This document shows positions 19,945-30,700 of a stretch of 64,000 bases of DNA, in pieces; position 1 is the first letter of the stretch, and each line of letters starts with the position of its first letter. A model generated the notes under the pieces. The model ran no database searches and was not told the origin of the DNA. It was given only the letters and a program-made list of their open reading frames with translations. Made by a program: the position numbers and the translations under genes. The DNA is taken from assembly GCA_977017575.1 (NCBI GenBank), contig CDRNVI010000047.1, positions 299,952 through 363,951 on the forward strand, given 5' to 3'. This DNA comes from Paramoeba atlantica (taxonomy: Eukaryota; Protista; Discosea).

Positions 19945-22094
19945 TATTTCAACTTAGAAGTCACACATGCTGTGCTCTTCGCGTTGAAAACTACCACCGT
20001 GTTTAACGAAGAAACTAAAAAAGAAAATTTAGCCTGGAAAGCTGAAGAAAATTGAAATATTATAGCCAAAAATAGCCGAATTTCGGGTAAAAATGGGGTC
20101 ATTTTTGGGTATTTTTGCTCTCAAAGCACTAAATCCGACATTTTCTCGTGGGAAATCACTCGTAGGCAGGAATGACAGCCTACCGAACGTATTGGGTAGA
20201 GAATGCGACTCCAACCATACCATTTTTTCGACACAAAAAGGCCCCTTGGGGTCCGAAAAATACTTGTTCACCTTTTTTGGTCAAAAATGGGTCATTTTGG
20301 GAAGTATACCACGGCTACAAAAAAGGGATACCTTGCGAAAACAAGTAGAAAGCTAGTGTAGGTCCCAAACTAACAAAATACAATAGGGAAAGGATTTTGA
20401 AAAAAAATATTTTTTTTACCTTTTTCCGCCAAGTTGATTTTTTTTCAAATTTCTTTTTTCGAAAAAATCCGAACTTGGCGGACCCGTCCTGCGGGTACGC
20501 GGAGCCTACCGAACGTATTGGGTAGAGAATGCGACTCCAACCATACCATTTTTTCGACCCAAAAAGACCCCTTTGGGTCCGAAAAATACTTTTTGGCATT
20601 TTTTAGTCAAACATGGGTCATTTTCACAGGCATATCACGGAGAAAACAACTGCGGAGAAAGCTAGCATAGGTCCCAAACTCTCAAAATACAATTGGGGAA
20701 ATGATTTTGGAAAAATATTTTTTTGCCATTTTTTTCGCCAAGTTGAATTTTTTTTCAATTTTTTTTCCGAAAAAATCCGAACTTGGCGGGCCCGTCCTGC
20801 GGATACGAAGGGGGCTTTCGTGCGGTATGCCCCCCCCATGGACCCCCTCCTAGACCCTCCATTTTTTTCAAATTTTTTTTTCAATTTTGGACCACCGAAG
20901 CCCCCTTTAATTTCTTTTTTAGGCTCCTCGCTAAACACGGTGGTTGTTTTCAACTTAGAAGTCACTCATGCTGCGCGCTTCGCGTCGAAAACTACCACCG
21001 CGTTAAACGAAGAGCCTAAAAAAGAAAAATCTCCAAAAGATCATGAATAATCTGGGGGGTAAATGCTCGATTTTTCGGCAAAAATTGCGAAATTTTACAC
21101 CGAATTTGGGCCCTTTTTGATGCCTTCCCAGTAGGGGCAGGAGGCGGTTCTGTCGAAAAAACGTCCTATAATGGTAGCTGAGGTCCAAAACTCTTAAAAT
21201 ACGTTTTAGGAGTCGATTTTGGAAAAATAATATTTTTACTTTTTTTTGGGTCAAAAAATATTCTTTTTGGTCATCCCAAAAATTTCGGAAATTTTGACCT
21301 TGTCGGACCCCTCCCGCGCGTGCCAGGGGGGGTACCCCCAGGGGGGTGGAAAATTATCGCCGCGGCCTACTCTACCACTTCCCTGCGCTCGATTTTGAAA
21401 AGCAAAAAATTCGAAAAAAAAATTTCGCGACGTATGCCCCCCCCATGGACCGCCCCCCCTGGACCCCCCCTGGACCCCATTTTTTTGAATTTTGTTTTTC
21501 AGTTTTGGACCACCCGGGCCCCCTTTTATATTTTTTCTTCTCTTATATTACTGTGTTCCTCTTTATATTTTCACTGTTTTTGTTCACTTTTTTTGCAATA
21601 ATCGAGGGTAGAGCGGTAGTTGCGGTGGTTGTATAACTACCGCTCTACCCTCGATTATTGCAAAAAAAGTGAACAAAAACAGTGAAAATATAAAGAGGAA
21701 CACAGTAATATAATAGAAGAAAAAATTGCGGTGGTTGTAAAATTTTTGGGAGGACCAAAAAGATTTTTTTTTGACCCAAAAAAAAGCAAAAATATTATTT
21801 TTCCAAAATCGGCTTCTAAACCGTATTTGGAGAGTTTGGGACCTCAGCTACCATTCTACTCCTTTTTTTTCATCAGATTCGCCTCCTGCTCTTCCTGGGA
21901 AGGTATCCAAAACACCCCAAAATTGGGTTGAAATTCCGCAATTTTTGCCAAAAAATCGAGCTTTTTCCCCCAAAACAGTAGATTATTCATGATCTTTTGG
22001 AGATTTTTCTTTTTTAGGCTCTTCGTTAAACGCGGAGGTAGTTTTCAACGCGAAGCGCACATCATGAGCGAACGCGGTGGTTGTTTTCAACTTA
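19945..22094. repeat. Cluster of rearranged copies of the cruciform-bearing repeat families
   Basis: Cruciforms near 19945-20030, 20912-21030 and 22005-22094. Reverse copies of the 0.9-kb element interior, a second subfamily also seen at 10760-10900 and 18340-18690, and a head-to-head junction at about 21620. Confidence 0.8.
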
Positions 22095-22260
22095 GAAAAA
22101 ACTTTGATGCGATGAATCGTAAGAAAAAACGGTGCTGTGGACGAATTTAAGTCGAAAATTTCTCGAAAGAAAAGTGTTTTATTTCCTTCTCCAACCTTCG
22201 AATCATGAATTCAAAATTTTAAACCAACTTTCACTTCCAAACGTCTTCTTACACACTTAT

Positions 22261-22602
22261 TCAGAAATTTAAGTATCTGTTTCTCTTCTTTTTCCCTTTG
22301 AAGTAAACGCTCGATGCGCGCTTCGCTTCTTCCGTAGTGCTAAAACACACGTGCGCCAGTCCTTTTTTTGATACGATTGTTATGCAATCGATTTCACCAT
22401 ACGAAGCGTAATGCTTGGTAAGGTCTTCTTTAGTCGTAGAGGAGGGAAGGTATTCTATTGTGATTGAGCACTCGTCACGCTCTTCGCGCGCAGAGCGCAA
22501 AACGTGTAGAGATTCTAAGTAATCATCTCTTTTGCGCTTTGTATCTCTTTTCTTGTCGGAAATGTCGTTGCCATTGGTTGATTGATTCTCCGCCGAGGCC
22601 AT
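22261..22602 (-). CDS. Small RRM-domain protein (113 aa) carried at the Helitron 3' end, copy A
   Basis: RNP2-like SITIEYLP, helix TTKEDLTKHYASYGEI and RNP1-like KGLAHVCF, with a basic C-terminus. Confidence 0.75.
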   Translation of the reverse strand: MASAENQSTNGNDISDKKRDTKRKRDDYLESLHVLRSAREERDECSITIEYLPSSTTKEDLTKHYASYGEIDCITIVSKKGLAHVCFSTTEEAKRASSVYFKGKKKRNRYLNF

Positions 22603-23094
22603 AGTAACTTCAAAGAAAGTTTTCAAAAAAATCAAGCTGAGTCTAGAAACATTCAACTTAAAAAGCAATACATGAACGTAGAAGTCTTCTTTTTGAAGGG
22701 CCTGCCCGGAGGGCCCTTCGAGAGGGTGCAGACCCGCTGCCGCGGGCGGTGCTTTACCTCGTGACGTGTAATTTTGAAGGAAACAAGCTTCTGATATCTT
22801 TTTTTGAAGGGCCCGCCCGGAGCGCCCTTCGAGAGGGTACAGGCCCGCTGCCGCGGTGGGTGCTTTTGAAGCAAACAAGCTTCTGAAATTTCGATAAAAA
22901 AAATTGAAAGCAATTTTGACGGAGCGTAATTCTGCAGCTATGATGGAGACTTTTTTTTTTGTTAGAGGGCGCGTGAGCGTTGGGGTCACTCGCACTTCTT
23001 CTGCCGAAGCTGAAGACGCCGGGCTTGTGACCGGTATCAAGCGTGCTTCCCCCCTAGAGAGGTCTTCCTAAGAAGATCGTTTCAATCTAATTTC

Positions 23095-25155
23095 TTAGAA
23101 TTGATAAGTCAAATCGGTAAGCCGATTTGCTTTTTCCATGGCCGGAAATTTAGGCCTATGGTAACCTGAAGTCAGGTGTGTTCCTGGGCGATCTGTGCCC
23201 ATGCCAGGGAGCACTCGAATATCATCGAGGCATTGTGCCCTGGATATTGCTACTGTGAGCTTGGCGAGTTCCGGTCTCTTGGACCACGCCTTATCATTCA
23301 AGTCAAGAATAACACCTTTCTTCACGGTGATACCTTGTACTTTTTGATACGTATAGGCAAATCCCAATTCCACTTGAAAGTTTCCTTAGGAAGCCTTATC
23401 ATGGTGCTGCGCCTTTTTGGCGTAAAATTCTACACCTGACCCCTTCTCAATGCATTGCATAAAAGAAGGGGCTTTTCGTAGATAACGAACACCATCAATA
23501 GTGTCGTATGACAAATCGTCTGACACAAGGTCTCTCATTTCAATCACTGTCCCATTCGCAATTTTCATTGTATAAGGAGCAATGTTCTCGGTGATTACAC
23601 CGGGTGCTCCTTTTACAAATACAGAAAATGCTTCAGGGTGTGTGTCAATGAGTTTACCTTGGACGTTATCGCCTGTCCATGCGAACAATGGGCAATTGTG
23701 ACGTCTGGCAAAATTTCTTGCGATTGCGACATTAATCTTGTGCCGTTCAATATTTGTTCCAACAATGACAATTGCATTGCGGAACTTTTCTTGGTCCTCA
23801 GAGGTAAGAGGTTTTACCAATTGGATGAACTTCTTCAACCCCTCATTGGGAGCTTTTCGAAGAAGACGCAAGATATCTGAAAATACAGTATCTTGTCGTG
23901 CTCGCATTTGCTGTTTGAGTTCAAACACATACGAGACTTGAAAAATATTCTCAAAAATGGGATTATTACCAGGAGAGCTATCTTCTATGGTAAGAGACGC
24001 TCCTTGTACTGGTATCAGCTGATAAAAATCTCCAACAAAGAGCATGTTGATGCCTCCATAGGGAAGCTGCTCATTTCCTTTGATTTGCTGCAGTCTAGTG
24101 TTGATACAGGCAAGGAAACACTTGCTGATCATTGACACTTCGTCGACTATGATTAATCGACATTTCTCATACCTTTGTTGGTATGGTAGAAGGCTACTGC
24201 TTGAAAGATGTTTCAAATTTCTTGCAGTAGCCCCTATCGGTATGCAGAGGGAAGCGTGTATTGTGCAACAGTGCAGTACTGATGCGGCGATCCCAGTGGG
24301 CGCCATTGCAATACATTGGCTTCCCAGTTCTTGCATTATGAAACGGGAAACTAGACTTTGCCCGGTTCCGGGGCCACCGAGCAGAAACATACATTTCCGC
24401 TCGGGGTCTAGTTTCCCGTTTAGTAAATCTTCAATTTGATTTACGCACTGTTTCTGTGCTTGGTTCAGTTCAATGGAATTGTTGTCTTCGCGCAATATGT
24501 AGCTGCGATCGAACGTAATCTCTTCGTATTGATTACTGCGAGCCAGTGGACGATCCTCATTAAAATGAGATCTGTCCACTGGTGCACTTGGCTCAGATTG
24601 AGCCGAAGTTACAAATCGTTCGTTTTGGATCATTTCAGCATAGCGCTCTCCCGCATTTATGACTGTCATTGTCGATGCAAGATCAACATTTTCTTCAGAG
24701 GAGTTCTCAGTAGAACCTCCTAACGCGGCCGTTAAAGCTCGCGTTTGTAGTTCGCAGTATGCATTCTGCTGAACCAATCGCTCTTCATTAACCACTGCAG
24801 TGTTCTGCTGTGCTTCAAGAGCATCTTGAAGATGAGGTTCAACCTCTCGCACTTCAAGCTCATTTTCGTACGCAATGTTGCGTGCTAATCTTGCTTCTTC
24901 CAGAGTGCAAGCATCTTTGCGTCGATACAAATTTGCCGCGTTCTCAGTATTCTTCGAAGCATTTTCAAACCCTTCTAGGGTCATTTCATGGCTCGGTGAG
25001 CCTTTCGTCCATGGGGAAAACAATACCACCATGTGTTTCGCTACTCGAAGCTGGCTTCGAGCTCGTGCCCCAGGTTCTTTTGAAGAACTCAATATGGGAA
25101 AACCTGGTATAGCTGGCGCAGTGTGCAAAGAGCGCAACTGTTGTTCAACAATATA
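23095..25155 (-). pseudogene. PIF1-family (SF1B) helicase portion of RepHel, copy A
   Basis: GGPGTGQS (Walker A Lys changed to Gln), IIVDEVSMI, GGINMLFVGDFYQLIPV, ELKQQMRA and AYTYQKVQG. In-frame TAA at 23386-88. Confidence 0.9.
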
Positions 25156-25439
25156 AAGGCTCAAATTCCGGGAGGCCTTCAATGTCCTCAAAGGCGTATC
25201 TCCCATTAGCACGACGTCCGCGACGACGTCTTCGATTTGTCCCGCACTCAAAATCTGAATCATGATCCGGCTCTTCTTGAGCTAGTTCAGCTCTTTACTT
25301 ATTTACGCTGACAATGCCTGCATAGGAGAAGAACTGCACAATCATGTTCGGTGATCATTAGAGGGGCCTCTACGATACCGTTGTCGAACTCAGAGACTTG
25401 TGACGAATCATCGTCACTGATTTCTAGTTCTGTGTGATC

Positions 25440-27711
25440 TGACTTTTTTGAAAAACATCAGCAGCACATTTGGACACATGTTCCCTGAAATAATCATCCT
25501 TTTCATCAAGAATGATATGTAGTCCTCCGCGATACATCTTTGAGTAGTCGAGCGTTGTAGGGCCGTAAAGCTCCTTACTGATCCTTTGCGCCCACTCGGG
25601 CAGATCAGCGCGCATCGTCGTACCCAAAGACTTCGCGAGACCATCGTGCTCCTTCACAATGTGAATTAATTCGGAGACGTAATGTGGACTAAGATTCGTC
25701 CATAGTACACTATGAAAGTGTAGCGCATCTCTTTTTTGGCATTCTACAACACCAAAAAATGCTCGATGGCGACCAAAGAGGCCTTCAAGAACGTCACATT
25801 CTTTCTTTACCTCATCTACGTTCGACATTCCGTACAATTCGGTAAGAAGAGTACGGATTTGCCGTTTGAAAATTCTAGTGGATCTGACAGGATACCATGG
25901 CACAAGCTCAGACCGCTTGAGAAGGTTGGCCCGCATTTCCTGCATTTTCTCGCTCTCATCATTCGTAAAGATTCTTAAATCTAGAACGTTATCGTTCATG
26001 TTTGGACTCACTGTGATCCAGTAAGTTGGCAGTCCGCATCGCCTGTATAAGGCGTAGATCTGACTTTGTGATGCCTTTCGCTTTGCTAGCGAAAAGGGTA
26101 TCGTTTTTGCGCATACTTGCACAAATGGCAGAAACTTTGTTTCCAGAAGTTTCGCTTCGGAACTGTTTGGGTTCCTTATAGCCTGTTGTACAATGTGATG
26201 GAAAGCATCAGCATTGCAAAAATTCACGAACATCTGTGCATATCTTTGTTATACTTCAGATTTTGCACTACTGCTGATGAGGCTTCGCGGCACCGAAGCA
26301 CATCGTAGCAGTAAAATATGAATCCAGCATTCTTTGCAAATCGGGAATCCGATTGCTCTAGAATTTCCTTGATTTCATATAGTTCAAACGTTGAACCCTT
26401 GAAAGGGTACTTTTGCATCAGCGTCGGAAATGCTCCGAGCAAGATGTTTTCCATGTCGGTATACTCATTGAGTAAACCTTCTTTTTGTTTCAGTTGCATC
26501 GCCACGGCATGCGTAATTTGCGCACCCGCCGGCGCATTGCTTACAGGGTTGTGATCAGTTACAAAAGATCGTGTGATCTCACCGCGAGGATCGCGATGTA
26601 ACGTATCGGAAGCCACTGCTTGGGTGACCATGCTGTTTATGGCGTTTTCACCTTCCTGGGAAACAGATCTATCCCAAAGATGTGAGACAACGTCTCTACA
26701 ATGTTGTTCGGTAACAACGTTGATCTTTCCTTCCTCTTTCAGTTGAGCATACACGGTTATGCTCACAGAGGAAGTTTACCCAGGTGTTCGGAGTCCCTGA
26801 TTTCACCCCGAATATGCCACTCAGCTGTGCAGAACATAGTCTTTGACTACGCTTTATTCGCCGTTCGTTGGCTATCCAAACAATTTGGATGCTCTTAATC
26901 GCGCCCTCGAGATCCGGAACTCTTTCGAGTTGCAAGAGCTCAAGGGTTTCGCGTGCTGTAGCCGTCGCATGTCCAGTGAATTTCGTGTCTGGCCTTAAGG
27001 ATGCGGCATATGCGCCACCTTTCCTATGTACACTGATGATTGTGCAGTGTAAAAACCAAACCAACCAAATCATTCCGGATTGCTCCGGATGGTCACTGGC
27101 AAGCCAGACCCTTCACAGACAGATTTGGAAGTTCCGAGGCCGACGTCCTCTACCAGTTTCCGCTTTTCCAAGGCGGCACCAACGTGCTGTTGCCAACACG
27201 CTGCGTCGACGAACTGTACGTCAACACGGCTTACCCAAGAGGTGTAAGCCCGGTTAGGGAGCTGGTTGCCTGAGGGGAGGGTCCGGGACGGTCCTTCGAG
27301 TACTGGGACTAGTCGGTTCTCAGCCCAGCCTCTTGGAGTGAGGAATATTGCGATGAGCGGGTTTGAACTCGCCGTCTGAGCACCATGTGCTTCAAACTTT
27401 GAATTCTTGCCACTCCACCACCTCCGCTCAGTGTTAAAACACCTTTGGAAGAAGAATCTCTTCTACCAGCGTGGGTGCTGGAAGGCGATTTGTAGAAGGT
27501 TGTTCTACTGTACCTCGGGGAATTCTCCCTTTTTTGTCCATTATTCTTTGATCCTTTGCACAAAGTTGCGCTTCGGGATTCGGAATGTCACTTTCGAGAA
27601 GAAGAAGAAGAAGAAGAAGAAGAAGAAGACACTTTCGAGAAGAATAACTTTAGAAGAATCACAACTTGTGATACGTCTTCTTCTTCTTCGTCGTCGTCGT
27701 TCATTCTCTTT
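25440..27711 (-). pseudogene. Helitron Rep (HUH) region, copy A, frameshifted and SINE-interrupted
   Basis: PTYWITVSPN and VVECQKRDALHFHSVLW motifs (25424-26233). The upstream WV.FLCEHN..Y motif is typical of Helitron2 N-terminal regions. Confidence 0.85.
27057..27428 (-). mobile_element. tRNA-derived SINE-like insertion, 372 bp, 12-bp TSD
   Basis: Absent from the homologous sites at about 41445 and 47063. Flanked by cagtgtaaaaac (27045-56) and cagtgttaaaac (27429-40). The minus-strand head has an A box TGGTGGAGTGG and a B box GTTCAAACC; the tail is tttggttggtttg. Confidence 0.8.
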
Positions 27712-30700
27712 TTGTACCTTTTCATGCACTCTTCTTGAGCTTCCGTACTGACTGAAAAATCTTCCAAAGGAAGACGATCAATGTAGGAACTCTCATAGAA
27801 GTATTTGAGTGCGTCTTTTGGATCGCGCTCAATGTCAAAACGTGTTCGACGTGAGCCATCTCCATTGACTTCGTATGTGTCAAAATTGACAATACGTTTC
27901 GCGATGCAACATCGTTCAAGCCAGCACCGAAGTTCATTGGCTGAAGATTCTTTTCATATTTCGTTTGTGTGAAAGATGGTGTTTTCACACATCTGCATGA
28001 TAGCATATGCTGCACTGTCAATAGTGCTAGCATTCGTCAAATTCGTGACAGTTGCTTGATTCAAACTTGAAACAATTTCGTTTTCAAGAGAGGGACTCGA
28101 AGTAAACGTGTAAACGTTCTTTTCACCCTTCTTTTTCAAGGAAGAAGACGTATCACAACTTGTGATATGTTGATCGTCGTTCATTCTCTTTTTGTAGAAG
28201 AGAAGAAGAAGAGAATTCTCTTCTTGTACCTTTTCATGCACTCTTCTTGAGCTTCCGTACTGACTGAAAAATCTTCCAAAGGAAGACGATCAATGTAGGA
28301 ACTCTCATAGAAGTATTTGAGTGCGTCTTTTGGATTGCGCTCAATGTCAAAACGTGTTCGACGTGAGCCATCTCCATTGACTTCGTATGTGTCAAAATTG
28401 ACAATACGTTTCGCGATGCAACATCGTTCAAGCCAGTACCGAAGTTCATTGGCTGAAGATTCTTTGCATATTTCGTTTGTGTGAAAGATGGTATTTTCAC
28501 GCATCTGCATGGTAGCATATGCTGCACTGTCAATAGTGCTAGCATTCGTCAAATTCGTGACAGTTGCTTGATTCAAAATTGAAACAATTTCGTTTTCAAG
28601 AGAGGGACTCGAAGTAAACGTGTAAACGTTCTTTTCACCCTTCTTTTTCAAGGAAGAAGACGTATCACAACTTGTGATATGTTGATCGTCGTTCATTCTC
28701 TTTTTGTAGAAGAGAAGAAGAAGAGAATTCTCTTCTTGTACCTTTTCATGCACTCTTCTTGAGCTTCCGTACTGACTGAGAAATCTTCCAAAGGAAGACG
28801 ATCAATGTAGGAACTCTCATAGAAGTATTTGAGTGCGTCTTTTTGATTGCGCTCAATGTCAAAACATGTTCGACGTGAGCCATCTCCATTGACTTCGTAT
28901 GTGTCAAAATTGACAATACGTTTCGCGATGCAACATCGTTCAAGCCAGTACCGAAGTTCATTGGCTGAAGATTCTTTGCATATTTCGTTTGTGTGAAAGA
29001 TGGTATTTTCACGCATCTGCATGGTAGCATATGCTGCACTGTCAATAGTGCTAGCATTCGTCAAATTCGTGACAGTTGCTTGATTCAAAATTGAAACAAT
29101 TTCGTTTTCAAGAGAGGGACTCGAAGTAAACGTGTAAACGTTCTTTTCACCCTTCTTTTTCAAGGAAGAAGACGTATCACAACTTGTGATATGTTGATCG
29201 TCGTTCATTCTCTTTTTGTAGAAGAGAAGAAGAAGAGAATCCTCTTCTTGTACCTTTTCATGCACTCTTCTTGAGCTTCCGTACTGACTGAGAAATCTTC
29301 CAAAGGAAGACGATCAATGTAGGAACTCTCATAGAAGTATTTGAGTGCGTCTTTTGGATTGCGCTCAATGTCAAAACGTGTTCGACGTGAGCCATCTCCA
29401 TTGACTTCGTATGTGTCAAAATTGACAATACGTTTCGCGATGCAACATCGTTCAAGCCAGTACCGAAGTTCATTGGCTGAAGATTCTTTGCATATTTCGT
29501 TTGTGTGAAAGATGGTATTTTCACGCATCTGCATGGTAGCATATGCTGCACTGTCAATAGTGCTAGCATTCGTCAAATTCGTGACAGTTGCTTGATTCAA
29601 AATTGAAACAATTTCGTTTTCAAGAGAGGGACTCGAAGTAAACGTGTAAACGTTCTTTTCACCCTTCTTTTTCAAGGAAGAAGACGTATCACAACTTGTG
29701 ATATGTTGATCGTCGTTCATTCTCTTTTTGTAGAAGAGAAGAAGAAGAGAATTCTCTTCTTGTACCTTTTCATGCACTCTTCTTGAGCTTCCGTACTGAC
29801 TGAAAAATCTTCCAAAGGAAGACGATCAATGTAGGAACTCTCATAGAAGTATTTGAGTGCGTCTTTTGGATTGCGCTCAATGTCAAAACGTGTTCGACGT
29901 GAGCCATCTCCATTGACTTCGTATGTGTCAAAATTGACAATACGTTTCGCGATGCAACATCGTTCAAGCCAGCACCGAAGTTCATTGGCTGAAGATTCTT
30001 TTCATATTTCGTTTGTGTGAAAGATGGTGTTTTCACACATCTGCATGATAGCATATGCTGCACTGTCAATAGTGCTAGCATTCGTCAAATTCGTGACAGT
30101 TGCTTGATTCAAACTTGAAACAATTTCGTTTTCAAGAGAGGGACTCGAAGTAAACGTGTAAACGTTCTTTTCACCCTTCTTTTTCAAGGAAGAAGACGTA
30201 TCACAACTTGTGATATGTTGATCGTCGTTCATTCTCTTTTTGTAGAAGAGAAGAAGAAGAGAATCCTCTTCTTGTACCTTTTCATGCACTCTTCTTGAGC
30301 TTCCGTACTGACTGAGAAATCTTCCAAAGGAAGACGATCAATGTAGGAACTCTCATAGAAGTATTTGAGTGCGTCTTTTTGATTGCGCTCAATGTCAAAA
30401 CATGTTCGACGTGAGCCATCTCCATTGACTTCGTATGTGTCAAAATTGACAATACGTTTCGCGATGCAACATCGTTCAAGCCAGCACCGAAGTTCATTGG
30501 CTGAAGATTCTTTTCATATTTCGTTTGTGTGAAAGATGGTATTTTCACGCATCTGCATGATAGCATATGTTGCACTGTCAATAGTGCTAGCATTCGTCAA
30601 ATTCGTGACAGTTGCTTGATTCAAAATTGAAACAATTTCGTTTTCAAGAGAGGGACTCGAAGTAAACGTGTAAACGTTCTTTTCACCCTTCTTTTTCAAG

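Larger units (their letters stand above)
22094..27711 (-). mobile_element. Helitron2/Helentron-like element, copy A (decayed, internal deletion)
   Basis: Reverse complement of 41200-43060 and 50196-53763. Contains Rep, PIF1 helicase and RRM sequences. Confidence 0.85.

Noticed and set aside
27349-27427. Functional tRNA gene
   Set aside because: The acceptor stem has mismatches, no clear anticodon arm can be folded, and it is the head of a TSD-flanked insertion.
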